DNA of 64,000 nucleotides from Camelus ferus (Eukaryota). Location: NCBI RefSeq assembly GCF_009834535.1, contig NC_045697.1, forward strand, positions 60,080,001-60,144,000. The letters are read 5' to 3'. The translations under genes were made by a program, and so were the position numbers. The notes below the pieces were generated by a model. The model searched no databases and had not been told where the DNA came from. It worked only from the letters and a program-made list of their open reading frames with translations. Shown in pieces: positions 1-13,253 of the stretch (position 1 is its first letter; each line of letters opens with the position of its first letter).

Positions 1-638
1 TAGACATCTGATGACATAACCACATCTAACAAGTAACTCAAAAACCTATATATTATGCAGTTTTTATGATTGCCATTTTATCAGTTACATTCCTATCAAA
101 ATTAATTTAACCAATAAAAATAATGTATCATCTATTATGCTTCATGTTAAATAACCAGTCAGTGGAGATGCTATTATAGAATCTCTTTTGATCATTATAG
201 TCTTTTTAATAATTTATAAAATCGTGCCAGGGCTTTCAAAGTCCTGAACTAAATTTAAACTACTAAAAATTTTGAGATACCTTCTGAAGCACTTTAGCCA
301 TTTACACAATTTATGTTACAGCAATAGAATTTTGTAGAAACGAGACTTTAGAAAATAACCTGATATATCTTAAATTAATGGAGAAACAAATAATTTACCT
401 AAAAAGATATTATTTTAACTTTATGTTTATAGGCTAAATGTGTTACTTAATTGCAATTAGAAAAAATACAAGTTCAAAATATATGTAAATTGGACTATTT
501 GTTTCTCTTTAAACTTATGCATCAAGATGAAAATCACATTATTCTATGGTTCACCAAAATCATATCTCTCCTAAAGATCAGAGAGTAAAAACAGAACTAG
601 TTACTATGTTCAGTCATTTTGGTAGAATGTGCCCTTAC

Positions 639-788
639 TTTTTCAGGGGTGCTTCCTTAGTAAGACAGGACATTGCCACTGGTAATGATACCACTATTAT
701 TCTTACATAATAATTGTTTTTGTGTGATGCAAACTTCTTTTGTCCTTTTGCAACATGAATAGCCACATGTTATTCATCATATGACTCC
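639..788 (-). pseudogene. Pseudo-exon, 150 nt, phase 2->2
   Basis: aaatttag|g...aa|gtaagg; ESYDE*HVAIHVAKGQKKFASHKNNYYVRIIVVSLPVAMSCLTKEAPLK. Confidence 0.65.
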
Positions 789-1666
789 CTAAATTTACTA
801 GAGATGTGTTTATTTTTAAGATATTAAATACCATATCTTCATGCTGAAGACTGTAATCACTAAAAGAGTTCATTTAAGCCATAAATTGCTTATTTGTAAG
901 CAAATGGAGCAAATACACAATTTCAGTTACTGCTTCGGAATACAAACTGAATTGAACTCATGAAATTTTCTGCTTTCTGTAAAACAGAGCAGTATAATGT
1001 TACTGAGCTGCAAGAAAAAACTGCTACCAAGGAAACTTAGTCCAAAACGTATGACATATGCATGTGCACATCCCCCTCAAGATAAAACAGGGATTTAGAG
1101 AAAAAGGAGAAATGGCATGTCCAAAAAAAAGTATGTCCCTGAAGAATACTGAAGGTCAAAACATAACTGATCTGGGACTAGATGGAAAGACAGAATGAGG
1201 TAATTATAGAAGTGGCAAGAGTCAGTTAGGGGACAGCAGGAATGAAGAGGCTGAATGAGAAGGAACTTATGGTTTATAAATTGTGAATTACATTTGGAAA
1301 ATATTCAGTGCTTTGAAATCTAACAGTCATACCTGCTGGCAGGACACATATCCAAAAGTAGTGGTTGCGTTATAGCCATTGTCCACTATATTCCAAACAT
1401 GATTCCTGGTTGTACTGTGTTTTCCCACCTTCTGATATTTGCTAGAATCAGGTCTGAACTTATATTTTTTTGTTATTTTGTTGTTTCCTGCTTTTAGTTA
1501 CCACTAATCAGTCACTTGAGAGAGAAAAAAAAGGTGGTGGAATTTCATGTCTATATATATATGTGTGTGTGTGTGTATATATTTTCTTCCTCTTTATACA
1601 AGAATCTGATAAAAAATGCATTTGTTTACTTGTTATATTCATTCAGTGTGCTTAAAAGATGTCTCT

Positions 1667-1945
1667 TCCAGAATACAAACTTCTAGTTGCCAAGGGGGCA
1701 GAGGGTGGGAAGGGACAGACTGGAATTTCAAAATTTGTAGATACTGACAGGCATATATAGAATAGATAAACAAGATTATACTGTATAGCACGGGGAAATA
1801 TATACAAAATCTTTTGGTAGCTCACAAAGAAAAAAAATGTGACAATGAATATATGTACGTTAATGTATAATTGAAAATTTGTGCTCTACACTGGAATTTG
1901 ACACAACATTGTAAAATGACTATAACTCAATTAAAAAAAAAAAGG
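1667..1945 (+). mobile_element. 5'-truncated young L1 3' end (camelid-type)
   Basis: L1 3'UTR ending gactataactcaatt+polyA. TSD aagatgtctct at 1656-1666 and 1946-1956. tt/aaaa endonuclease site at 1652-1657. Confidence 0.9.
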
Positions 1946-2619
1946 AAGATGTCTCTCCCTTGCTCTTGCCATTTTATTCCATATGCAGAAAGTTCAGTAA
2001 GTATGGTCTCTCTCTACCCTGTCACTTACTCTGCATCAGAGAAGTTGGAAAATAATACCAGATTGGTAACTCCAGGAGAACAGTTTGGTTTCTTTCAGCC
2101 TACCTTCCTCCTTCTTTTCCTCTCTGTGGAGCCAATCTGTCTGCAGAGAACAAAACTTTTCTGCTTCTAGGAGGTACAACCCTTACCTGCCCCACCTACC
2201 TGCGAACACAGCAGGAGACTTCATTGGTCTAGCAGTTCCTGCGGTTGTGTAGATTCTGTAAATCTACACAATTATAGTAGCTGGTTCAAAGTTACATTTA
2301 CTCTCAGAATAAGCCCTTTCTTCAATACTTCTGTGTCCTCAGTAATATTGCTGATATTTCAGCCCAGCTTTAATCCTTTGTCTTATTTTTCACAGTGCTA
2401 TTTACTGGGTCTTCTCAAATACACATCAATTCAAAATGTGTTACTGGAATCTCACAGTGTGTTAGTTATTGTGCTAAACATCAGGAGATATATAAAAATT
2501 ATTACAGCACACCATTCAGCATGAATTGATAATATTTTAACAGGCATCATGCTGGATGCAGGTATATGGACACATGGCTAGACACTTGGATGAATAAATT
2601 AAATCTCTAAACACATTTT

Positions 2620-2880
2620 AGGTGGAGGTGGCATAGTTTCTGATGTACCAGATATGGTGTGTCATGCCAGGGATAGAATGGAGTGCAAATCTTGCCTGAA
2701 AAGTAATCATAGCACAGTGGGAACATATATAAGAGACTGAACATTACAGAATGTCATGTGAAATGAGATATGCAGCAACTATGGGAGTATATCTGAGAAC
2801 ATGGGTTGAGGAGGGGAATGAGGACTAGTTAAGGCTCCCTGGAGGAGGTGACATCTGTGCTGTTTTTCTCAAATGTATAG
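2620..2880 (-). mobile_element. L2 fragment
   Basis: L2-like motif ggctccctggaggaggtgacatctg; highly diverged. Confidence 0.5.
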
Positions 2881-3540
2881 GGTATCAAAGGAGATGCTAA
2901 ATGGAAAGATAAGTAAAATACCATGAGCCAGTTGTCTTAGAAAATGAGGCAAATAAGTTTTCATACATAATTATGCATTTAGCAGAATTTATTTTTTTCT
3001 GATGAAATTGAGATTAAGATATATTAGTATTTATTGAGGTTAATCATGTAGTAGTTAATTATGAATTGTGTGTTATACTGCTCTGAAGAAAAACAGTAAA
3101 ATGTTTCTGTTCATGTACAATGAGACGGGAGAGAGCAACCAAATATATGGCATGGCACCCTAATAGAAAAGATTGGAGAAAACTTATTGCCATCTTGAAG
3201 TTTAATATATAGTAGGTAAAACAAAACACACAGGCAAATTAAATTAGTATGGCCTGATTTAAATAAATGCCATCCTGCTACCCAGGATTAATTTACAAGT
3301 GAATGGAAGAGATAGAAAGTGTTTTGGGAATTCAAAGGACTAAGAAATTACAACTGCCTGGAGATAAGACCAAGTTTACTGGGGAAATAGAATCTCAAAG
3401 GGGTCCTGATGGAGATCTTGAATAGCTATGTGTCTGTGAACGCTTTTGTTTGTGCAAGTTAGCAATACATTATGGCTGATTTGATGATCAATAAAACTGT
3501 CTTAAAATGCAGTTTGTAATATCCAATCATTAAACTTAAC

Positions 3541-3675
3541 CTCAATCAAATTCAGTTTTATTTGATTATTTGAATCAACCTTTTAACTTTTCTTGGGTCA
3601 ATTTGTTTTCATTTGCAACAGATTTTTACATTGCTTGTGTATGTTAGTGTTTTTATTCTAAAGATCATGGTATTT
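3541..3675 (-). pseudogene. Pseudo-exon, 135 nt, phase 2->2 (3' end uncertain)
   Basis: catctttag|a...ag|gttaag; NTMIFRIKTLTYTSNVKICCK*KQIDPRKVKRLIQIIK*N*I*L. Confidence 0.45.
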
Positions 3676-4128
3676 CTAAAGATGTAGGCAAAGTCAGGTC
3701 TATTCCTTCTTAAGTCATGGGAGAGGGAAGCATAAATGCAAGAGGAAATGTTGTTAACAGAATTCTTTTCAACTATAAACCTTTTTGAAAGATGAATTTT
3801 CCAAAGAGTTGAAATCCATTTTTATGATCAAGAGAAGGGGAAATAATACATTTTTTCTATTCTCATTTTATTGAGTTGTCCACTTAAACACTATTCTACT
3901 TCAAAAATATTTCAATTCTGTTAGCTCTAATTTCACTATTAAGAAAGCATACCTTAGCTATGTTTCAACTTATTCATCTTTCAAGTAATATTATATCCAG
4001 ATATAGACATAATAGAGAGTATCATGCTGACAATAGAAATTTTTCAGTGCCTCAGGAAAGCTGATAGATTTTATGGACATATTACCTTGTCAGACATTCC
4101 CGTGTGCTCTATTTATTTTTTATATTAC

Positions 4129-4472
4129 CTTGGCTGAAAACCATCCTGTCCCAGTTATTTACAACACTGAAGTTGAACAAGTTATTTGATAACATCTTCT
4201 TCAGAGACACCTGGTAAATCTGAATAATTATGTCCAATAAAAAGAGTCCTTGGAATTGATAATTTACCATCAGCCATGGTAGTAAAGATTAATGTCAGGA
4301 ACTCATTTAATCTTAAGGCAAAACTATCATTTAATTCAATTGACTTCTGTTCTCCTTGTATTAGATAGTGAAGCTGTGGGTTAGAATCTTTGTATGACTT
4401 TTTGCAATATTTTCAATTGCAACTTTATTCCCAGTTAAAATGTCTTTCCCTCAGAAAAATGAGTGAAGTCTA
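4129..4472 (-). pseudogene. Pseudo-exon, 344 nt, phase 2->2 assuming a 1-nt deletion in an A-run near 4400
   Basis: gattattttag|t...ccaag|gtaata; RLHSFF*GKDILTGNKVAIENIAK/KSYKDSNPQLHYLIQGEQKSIELNDSFALRLNEFLTLIFTTMADGKLSIPRTLFIGHNYSDLPGVSEEDVIK*LVQLQCCK*LGQDGFQP (about 70 codons without a stop). Confidence 0.75.
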
Positions 4473-5236
4473 CTAAAATAATCATATTTGTTAAGAAAAA
4501 TAATATGGAGGGAGGAAAATACAAGACTAATTTTCCTAGAAAATGGAAAGGAGAGCTTACTCCTTCCTACAGGGGACCAAATCGGCTGATGGATATATTG
4601 CTCATTATACATTCTCTCCTTCCAATGAATATGATTTCACATAGAACATTGTATTCATTCTGAAATAAAGAAGAGAATGTATTATGGTTTCTATTTTATG
4701 GGCAGGAAATTTAAGTGAAATGTTCCTAATTGGCATGTATAGGATTATGTAGCTGAAACACAGAAACATGGGCACACACTGCCCATGAGAAAAAAACCCC
4801 ACAACACTCTTGTATGTCAAGGACTTTATTGTTTCCATAATACTTTCTTTCCCTTGGTGCATAGCTTAATTATATACATAAAATAGGGATTCATTAGATA
4901 CATAATTATATTTGTATATGGATTTCTAATTAACAGCATCTGCCTTTGTGATTTCATGGATTTCCATTAATTGACCATACAGGAATAGATGTAACAGTAT
5001 CCAAAAATATACAAATGTAAGATAACTGTACTTTAACTACACTTGTCTCTCTAAATTTTAAAATTATTCATATTTTTGTTCTTGTAGCATATTTATTTCT
5101 AATTGCAACCAATATTAAAGCAGATAGAACAGTAATCTAATTTCAAAGATACAAAAAACCAAAAAGGGAATTTCTTTTGCAATTTTATACTTGCTCTTTT
5201 TCCACCTTATTTTATTTCTTTTCATAAAAAGCATAC

Positions 5237-5426
5237 AAAATGGAACTAATAACTTGTATCTTTCCTTTCCAAAATAACCTTTCAATATTAAATACTTTAA
5301 GCAGTAAAACATCTTTCAAGTTGCTGTTACCCTCTCATCCAGATGTAATTTGTCTTAACTCTAGTTTTTTTGAGTTATATAATTATCTCTCTTGTAATAT
5401 ATACACTGTCAAAGTAACTTCTTCAT
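5237..5426 (-). pseudogene. Pseudo-exon, 190 nt, phase 1->2
   Basis: ttttttttcccactgatttatctag|at...tt|gtatgc; EEVTLTVYILQER*LYNSKKLELRQITSG*EGNSNLKDVLLLKVFNIERLFWKGKIQVISSI. Confidence 0.72.
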
Positions 5427-5534
5427 CTAGATAAATCAGTGGGAAAAAAAATCAAATTTATGTGTAAAATGACAGTCAAATTCAACATCATATAAGCTGA
5501 AAAAAACAATTGGTTTGTTTAATTATTATCATAG

Positions 5535-5701
5535 CCAATTTTGGGCAATGAGGTATTGTATAGGAACCACAGAGTTTTAGAAAGAGGTTTTTTGTTATTT
5601 TGGATTTTTTTGGGCAAATTTTGCACTACAAATACAGTGAGAATTAGATATTGTGAGGAAGTTGGATTACTTCATTCTTCTGTGAACTAAATCTGTTATC
5701 C
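5535..5701 (-). pseudogene. Pseudo-exon, 167 nt, phase 2->1, donor apparently mutated (ctatga)
   Basis: T-tract aattag|g; DNRFSSQKNEVIQLPHNI*FSLYL*CKICPKKSKITKNLFLKLCGSYTIPHCPKL. Confidence 0.55.
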
Positions 5702-5849
5702 CTAATTAAAAAAAAAAACATATGAACTGATGTTATTTTTGCAGAGATAAGCCATTTAAACTCAAATCAAACAAGAGTTACATGTATAGAATTTATTAAC
5801 TCTTGAAGGTCTTAAATTTATTAACTCTTGAAGACCTCACAACTAATGT

Positions 5850-5980
5850 ATGGAATGGTCATTATTATTATCTCCAATATGCAGATAAGTAAACTGAGAT
5901 ATGGAGAAGTTGCATTCAATTGTGAAGTTAGGATTCAAATCCAGCCTATTTCTAGAATCTTTGCTTTGAAACATTCTGCT
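5850..5980 (-). mobile_element. MIR fragment
   Basis: MIR-core-like tctccaatatgcagataagtaaactgagat. Confidence 0.55.
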
Positions 5981-6089
5981 AGTGTAGATAAATTAGAAAA
6001 AAGTTTCAAAGTATGTTTTAAAATACTCATATTTATTCACCCCAGCTATTACTGGTTAAAACTGAGAGTGTATATGTATTGACCTGTTT

Positions 6090-6680
6090 GAGTCTATATG
6101 TATATTGATATCGATTATCGAGATATATCTACATATATCTATATGTACAAATATATCTATGTCTACATCTCTATATAACTCGATATAATCTATGTAGATA
6201 TGTCTATAAAGATTTTATATAGAGATACATGTAATATAGACATAACGTATCTATTACATTGGGCTACGCATTTGAAATTAGTAAATTGAGATGTTTTCAA
6301 CTTAACATGGCCATTAGACTTTCTTTTCCTTTTGAATCACCAGATAATCTTGGATGCCCCCTCAGATTTTAACCAAGAGCAGGGAAATATATTTTCCTTG
6401 AGTAAATATTTTTTTAATATCCCCCAAGTCATGTTTACTCAAAATTCTGGTCAAAAATTAAATACAAACCTATTTTCATTAAAAAATATGTTTATGTAAT
6501 TATACATACATATATATCTAGATATATATAAATATCTGAAGATACAGAGATATAAATATACATATACCTAGATATAAGTCTGCATATACAGATACAGACA
6601 TATCTATATGTTAATATATATCTAGATATAGCTATCTACATCACATATAGATGTAGATATAGATACACAAATACATGTGT
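6090..6680. repeat. Two degenerate (TA)n/(TAGA)n low-complexity tracts (about 6090-6260 and 6490-6680)
   Basis: tatatctagatatatata-type repeats visible directly. Confidence 0.8.
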
Positions 6681-7454
6681 AAAATTTCAGAGTGTCCATG
6701 ATTATGATGCCTTTGAACCAAGCCCATTTTTACCTACCTTTGTGCGTGTAAATATCATTCCCTGCCCCCGCCACCTCCACCCAGGGAGAGGAGTGAGATG
6801 GGATAAGAGAAAGCTTTTGGCATCCACTATTTTTTTTTTCTTTCTTCTTTTAACTGAAAATGTTAAATGATCAAGCTCTTTGGTTATCTAGGATTATAAC
6901 TGAGAGAAGAAATCAATCAAATGCAAAGAAACATAGTCATAATGCAAAAAGTGTGTTTCAAAAATGTGGGTTCAGATTACTGGAGTTTAATTAATTAGCC
7001 TTCACGCATCTATGCAGGTAGCTTGCTGATAGGTGAGGAATGGCTGAACGATCCAAATCTATCCTGGTCCTGGTTGTGTTTTGGCAACTCCTGGTGGTAG
7101 TTACCCAGTTGTGCTTTCACATCCGTGGGGGTGATTTCGGCCCTGTGAGTAGTTAGAACTTCTAGACAACAGAAACAAATCTTACAGTTCCCAATTAGTT
7201 GGCACTGACTTTAATGGCCTATCCTAAGAAGAACTGACTGGGTGAATATTGGGGAAACAGGGATCCACACTTGATTTCCTTGCTTCCTGATAAGAGGTTT
7301 CCTCCAATTTCCCCAACCAGCATTGCCTTCCAATCCACATCCTACCACTCTCCTCCTTCGACCTCCCAATGCCAATAATTGTAAGAACTTAGCCTGTCAT
7401 CATTTGGGATAGAAACATGGGCAGAAGACAGAGGGCCAATAATAATTATTATAC

Positions 7455-7781
7455 TATTTCCAGATGTATTCTTGCTTATATCTCTGTTCTTTCATTGGAC
7501 TTTCCAGAATGGAAATGTCATCTATGTCTTCATGAAATTGCTCTTCCAAATATGACACTGTTCATACGTATTTTCTGACCTATAAAATGAAAAGTGTCTC
7601 TGAAGATGTCTTCTTAATGTCACTGCCTATAAAACTAAAAGTGATCAAGACTTTTATTAACCACTTTTTCGCTGATGAGACGTTTTACTCTAAAATAAGC
7701 AGCTACTCCTCCCAGTTATACTTCTCATTTTGGTTTATGCTCAGCCATGTTTTCCTATCAGACTCAGAGATAGTGAGTTTA
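7455..7781 (-). pseudogene. Pseudo-exon, 327 nt, phase 2->2
   Basis: ctactag|t...ta|gtataa (weak donor); KLTISESDRKTWLSINQNEKYNWEE*LLILE*NVSSAKKWLIKVLITFSFIGSDIKKTSSETLFIL*VRKYV*TVSYLEEQFHEDIDDISILESPMKEQRYKQEYIWK. Confidence 0.68.
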
Positions 7782-7924
7782 CTAGTAGACCACATTCACA
7801 GAGATACAGACAATGCATTGAATTATTTTAGGCATAATGATTAGATAATGGTAAAACTTAACATTATAATGATGTTGAAGAGAACCTGTTGTGTTATCTC
7901 TGCATTTCAATGTTATAGACAGAT

Positions 7925-10692
7925 GTGTCAGGGTTTAATCAGAGAATCAGAGCCAATATGAGTGGTGCAGAATAAGAAATTTATAGTAGGAATTATTCGT
8001 TATAATATTGCAAAAGCTCGTTTAATGTTCTGTGTAAGACTGTTGCTTTTGTGTCTGATATGGGGCCTGAAGTCTGCAAGGTGGCAGTTGGAAAGAAAAC
8101 TTTCTTCTCATTCAGCCTCTTCATTCCTTTTATTCTGCTGTCTCCTGACTGACTCTTGTCTGCGTCTATGATTACCTCATTCTGTCTTTCCGTCTAGTCC
8201 CAGATCAGTTATGTTTTGACCTTAAATATTCTTTTTGGAAATAAATACTCTTTTGAACTTGGTCAGGGGAAAAACTGGACCTCCTGTGAGCATGTTGGAG
8301 TCTAAACTGGAAACCATATCTTTTTCTGACAAACCCAGACCTCATTAATGTGAGTGATCTGCAGGAAAAGCTTCACCATGGATTTCCATACACACTTGTC
8401 TCAGGATTTGGAGAAACTGAATGAAATGATCCAGTGGGACCTGGAGGAACTGTAGGCCTGGCTGCTGCACTGTGGCAACATGGGGGACCAGCAGATCAGC
8501 AGTGATGTGTGTTCACTACAACAGCACCTGGCTCTGCACAAATCTTCTGAGCAGAGCCCAAAGCTCCTTTAGCTTCTGCTTACGGAGAGCTCCTAAGAAT
8601 TCTGAAGTTTTATGTGGATTTCTTGGTGAAGGGAGCATCCTTTGTACTCGCAGTGGATATGCCATTGGAATGTTTGTAAGTCCTATATGATTAATCCATT
8701 CTAACATTTAAACCATCACAAGACTTTAAATATATTCATCTATGATATACCAAGAAAATTCTAGCATTTCAATCCCATGGGTGTGGGCTATCTCTGTGTC
8801 TATGTTTCAGTCACCTAAACACAGTGCTAAAGCCATTCTTAGCCCTTCTTTATAATATGTTGAACCCTTAACCTCTGCTTAGTGCACTCATGAAAATGAA
8901 TTCAGCCCAGTCTAACATTATATTCATTCCACTATGTTCCAATAATGTTAGAACATATTCCCACACATGTTCTCAAAACTTCTGATACAAATTAGCATAA
9001 ATTTTACCTTTTTTGATGCTTATCATACTTCCTTATTTGTTATATTTTTGGACTTACCCTCTCTGGCCTCCCAAAACTTGAATCTGATTATGAATTTGGA
9101 AATAATGGGAGATGATGGGGGTAGTTATTAAGGAGTATCCATAGTTCCATTTATGGCAAACACTTCAGAGGAGACCATTACAGGTTATTGAAGCAAAAGG
9201 AGGCCAGCCTCTTAATAAGGGAAAGGCATCTCCGTACAATGGTAAAAGCATATTGGGATAATCTATGTGTTTGAAGTCCCCATCTTTGTCAGAATATACT
9301 CATAAGGAACCCTACTAATTTTGAGGGTACCTGTTCTTCCAGATCAATGTCCTAAGTTTAACAAAAGAAACCTATGATGTTAGAAGTGCAGATTGCATTA
9401 TAATTTACTCACTTGTGGAATAAGATTTTTTTCTTTGTATGTATTTTTTTTTTATTGAAGTAATAGTTTACCATGTTGTGTCAATTTCTGGTGTACAGCA
9501 TAATGCTTCAAGTCATACATGAACATACATATATTTGTTTTCATATTCTGGAATAAGGTTTTATTTTCAGATCTGAGTCCTATGGATAGAGGAGACAAGG
9601 GTTTCATTGCAGGAGGTCATAGAAGCATTCTGGTCCCTTACCTGACCTGGACTTGAGCTGAGATTTTAAAGTACTAAGCTCATCAATTTCTTTCCCCACA
9701 TCCTTAGAATATTTATAAATAACGAACTAACCCCATAGTACTCCATAAATTTACTACTGTGTTTTATGGCAACAACTACATAGTCATCCAAAGACTTAGT
9801 TTTTATAGCACTTGATTACAGATATCTCCAGATGATAATTTAAATATCTCTCAACACTGCATTACATGTATGTACATCTTCTAACCCAACTACTACTAGA
9901 AACAGAATCATTAATGTCTTTAAAACTAATCAGACCAGAGAAACAGTTCTGTACAGCCAACTCAGAGAACTAATTCTTAAGGTCCTGATTGCCTAGAGTT
10001 GCTTGTGGTACCAAATTTTGTAAATTTAGGATTTGATCAGAGAACAGGAACCACAATGAGTGATCTAGGGTAGGTGATTTGTTACAAGTATTAGGCTTTA
10101 TATAACTATCAGAGCTGCTTAAGCAGTTTATTTAAGGCTAATGTGTCTGCATCTGGTGTTAGAATTGAAAATCAGGGCCAGGTTATGGAAAGACATATTA
10201 GATTTAAATTTGGGAAGATTAAGGGAGAAGTGGAATCCATAAGAATAAATAGGAATCTATGAGATAAAGAGGAACCCATGAGGACAAAATGGAAGCCATA
10301 AGAACAGAGTAGAACCCATTCACTTACTGCCTCCAACCTTGATGATGTAAGCGACCTGTGTTATAATCTCGGCACTCTTCATGAAAGAGCTACCCTCATC
10401 CCTGGGCTGTGATGTATAGAAACTGAAGCACAGATCTACCAAGAACTTCAGAAACCAAGGGAGCAGCTGCTTCCTCACACCAACAAGATGAAAACGTGGA
10501 TGAAATTTTGAGTGACCTGCAAAGTCTTGGCTCCACTTCAACATTCAGAATGTTAAAAAAAAAAAAATCAGGTATTTACTTCAGGCTTCTGAATATCCGA
10601 TTTTTCTTATGACTGACTCTACCTAGAACCATATGAGAAAGGGAAACTGAGAAATGTAGTCTAGCAAAATTGACATAATACATAGTCACCAC
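7925..10692 (-). mobile_element. Internally deleted ERVL-class element with LTR41-like LTRs (about 7925-8720 and 10019-10692)
   Basis: Two related LTR ends (tgtcagggtttaatcagagaa / tgtaaatttaggatttgatcagagaa). ERVL-type internal start aaatttggtacc next to the 5' LTR on the minus strand. Confidence 0.6.
9430..9548 (-). mobile_element. Short L1 3' fragment inserted in the ERVL
   Basis: polyT + ttattgaagtaatagtttacc. TSD tggaataag(a/g)tttt starting at 9416 and 9549. Confidence 0.8.
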
Positions 10693-11042
10693 ACTGAAAG
10701 TGACATTCCTTTGAGTAAGTGAGGAAGAATAAAGACATAGTAAGTACAAAAATTATTTCCTTCTAATCAAGAGTACCAGAATACCACTTATCTTTACTGT
10801 CTCTGTTACAGCTAAGTTTTAAAGAAACCTCATGAAATACTATGTTTTTATGTTTTATGTTTTATTACTATATTATGTTTTTATAAATTTGAGCTTCTAG
10901 TGTGCACAAAGCATAGGGCTACATGGAAAATAAATGAACAATTTCTGTAGGCCAAAATCCTTGCCTTCAGAAAGCTTAAAATGTTATCATTGCTCCATCT
11001 TCAGAATTATTCCTGTGCCTTTCTATTTCCCATCATGATTAC

Positions 11043-11229
11043 CTAGTAGAGTTTTTACCAAAAAATTTTAAAATTATTACCACTCTTAGCCAGTCTCCAC
11101 TTGTTTACATGAAATTACATTTAATGATTCCATTGATTATTATTCTGCGTGGTTTTATTTTTTTCTTTGAGGTTCTTACATATGGAGAAATATCTGAGGG
11201 ATTCAAGATAAAATGTCATGCTAAATTTT
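11043..11229 (-). pseudogene. Pseudo-exon, 187 nt, phase 1->2
   Basis: tttcattccattcttag|aa...actag|gtaatc; NLA*HFILNPSDISPYVRTSKKKIKPRRIIINGIIKCNFM*TSGDWLRVVIILKFFGKNST. An alternative frame (KFSMTFYLESLRYF...) also looks protein-like. Confidence 0.68.
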
Positions 11230-11545
11230 CTAAGAATGGAATGAAATACAAAGTCTTATTTATTGAGCATGTAGATATGACAGCAATGCACAGAACTGGA
11301 TTAGTTAATAATGTGTTGATAATCACAATGACATGCATTTTTCATATGTCAAATCATACTGATAGTGACAGACAAAACTGAGCTCATGAGGAGCCATGAC
11401 AAATGTTGTGAACTGGACAACAGCAACTAGCAAAGACAGAGGAAAGTTACATTGACGCAGTTAGCCAGCATATGGCTTCCAAATTTAGCATTCTGGAAAG
11501 GTTTTCATCTTTATAAATATTTATTATCCTTGAGTCTAGATTTAC

Positions 11546-11653
11546 CTTGTGGCAGAAGACAATCATTGAATGTATGTGATTTATAAACCTTGAACAATCT
11601 ATTCTTGAATTCATTCATTCTGCACAGCTTATAAAATTGGTTGAAAATAAGGT
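11546..11653 (-). pseudogene. Pseudo-exon, 108 nt, phase 1->1, no stop
   Basis: ttttcttggtgcacag|ac...caag|gtaaat; LIFNQFYKLCRMNEFKNRLFKVYKSHTFNDCLLPQ. Confidence 0.7.
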
Positions 11654-12908
11654 CTGTGCACCAAGAAAAAGCCATATTTGCCATGTTTCAGTGAAGAAAT
11701 GCCATATGTCATTCACTAACTGAATATTTAATTCAATATGTCAGGCAAACAGATCCAAAATCAACAAGCAACAGATCTTTTTTAATTATTCAAAACACAT
11801 AATAGTTCTGCTTATGGGTGGAAGCACTAATAAACCAAAGAAAACAACTCTACACTATAAAAAGGCATTGTTATTTTCAGTCCAGTTGGTTTGCTTTAAA
11901 AAAAAATCATCTTATTATGATTCTGCAGATTATTTTTAAGAGTGACTACAACTTGAAATTTTAGCAAATATGCTTCAGCAAAATCATCAAGAGTTACTTG
12001 CAACTGCAATAAAAACAAATTGTAGGTCAAGATATCTCTGAAATATTTTAAAAGCAATTTTGTTTCAATTTAAGGAGAGTAGCAAAAAAATTAGTGGTAG
12101 CACATTTCCTGTTCTGGCTATGATGTAGCTTGTCATAGGTATTGCTTGTGCCAAGAATAACTAGAAAAGCCATAAAAATTAATTTAGAAATAGATTTGGT
12201 TCAAAGGCATCATAAAAGTTAAAGAAGCATCCAGTACTTTAGGAGTGAGTTTCTTGTAAGAAAGAGGCTCAAGGAAGACAGGAATAGAGAATCTAAAAAA
12301 CAGAAACTTAAGGAGGAGAAAGTAAATTAAAAACAGAGGAAAAATTGGGGGAGGCCTTGTGATTCTGCAGAGACAAATGTGTGAGATCAAGAGGTCTAGG
12401 AAGAGGGGCCACAGTAAAAATCCTAGACTTTCAGTTGGAACATCTTACAAGAATAAAGCAAACCAAAGTTACACTGAGTCTTCTAAGACTGTAAACCTAC
12501 CTTAAGTAGGCAGTCACTGATGGATAGAGGTGATTCTCTCTACACTAGTTACCTGACATAGAATACAGAATCTTCCCTAGGAATGACAACGTCTTAAAGG
12601 CCTTTATGATTTTTTAAAATTAATAAAAATTACCAGCTACACCAAGAAAGAGTACCATGAAGAAAAAAATAGAAAATAGAAACATAGCCATAGATAACAC
12701 TGCTATTTGAGGCATTATACTACAGATACTTTGAAGTTACTGTGGTTAAAGTGTTCAAGAAAATAAAGAATTGTATTTCACTAGGAAAGTAGAATCTATT
12801 AAAAAAAAAAGTCGAATAGATGCATTAGAACTTTGAAAGAAAATAAGTGAAATTAATAGCTTAACATGTGAGTTTATCAAGTAGATTAAACACAGCAAGA
12901 GATAACAG

Positions 12909-13253
12909 TGTTGAACTTTATCTAAGCCTGATGTTCCCAGAAAGCAATGAGTTGAAAAATTCACCTCAATACAATTGTGTGTTCTGAGAAAAAATCTAAC
13001 CAAAAAAAAAAAAAAAAACAAAAAAAAAACAAAAAAACAGAAGAAGAAAGAAAACCACACTGTATTTTCACATCCGAATTCAAGACCCAACTTCACCTTT
13101 CCTCACTGACACAGCTAAGGCCCCCTTCTCTTCTCCCTCATGCCACATGTGAGACTCACTGATAATTACTTTTTAGTCTGGCTCTAAAAATCCCTATCTC
13201 ATTACCTGAATAAAGCCATCTCTTTTACTTGGCTCTGTCTTTTGTTTCTTACA
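12909..13253 (+). mobile_element. LTR-like insertion with internal A-rich tract
   Basis: tgttg...cttaca ends and aataaa near the 3' end; interrupts L1 ORF1-like sequence. Confidence 0.45.

Noticed and set aside
1..398. Further pseudo-exon after acceptor atctttttag (VNYLFLH*FKIYQVIF*SLV...FRTLKALARFYKLLKRL)
   Set aside because: Partly protein-like, but stop density is no lower than random and no donor is visible, so it is not supportable here.
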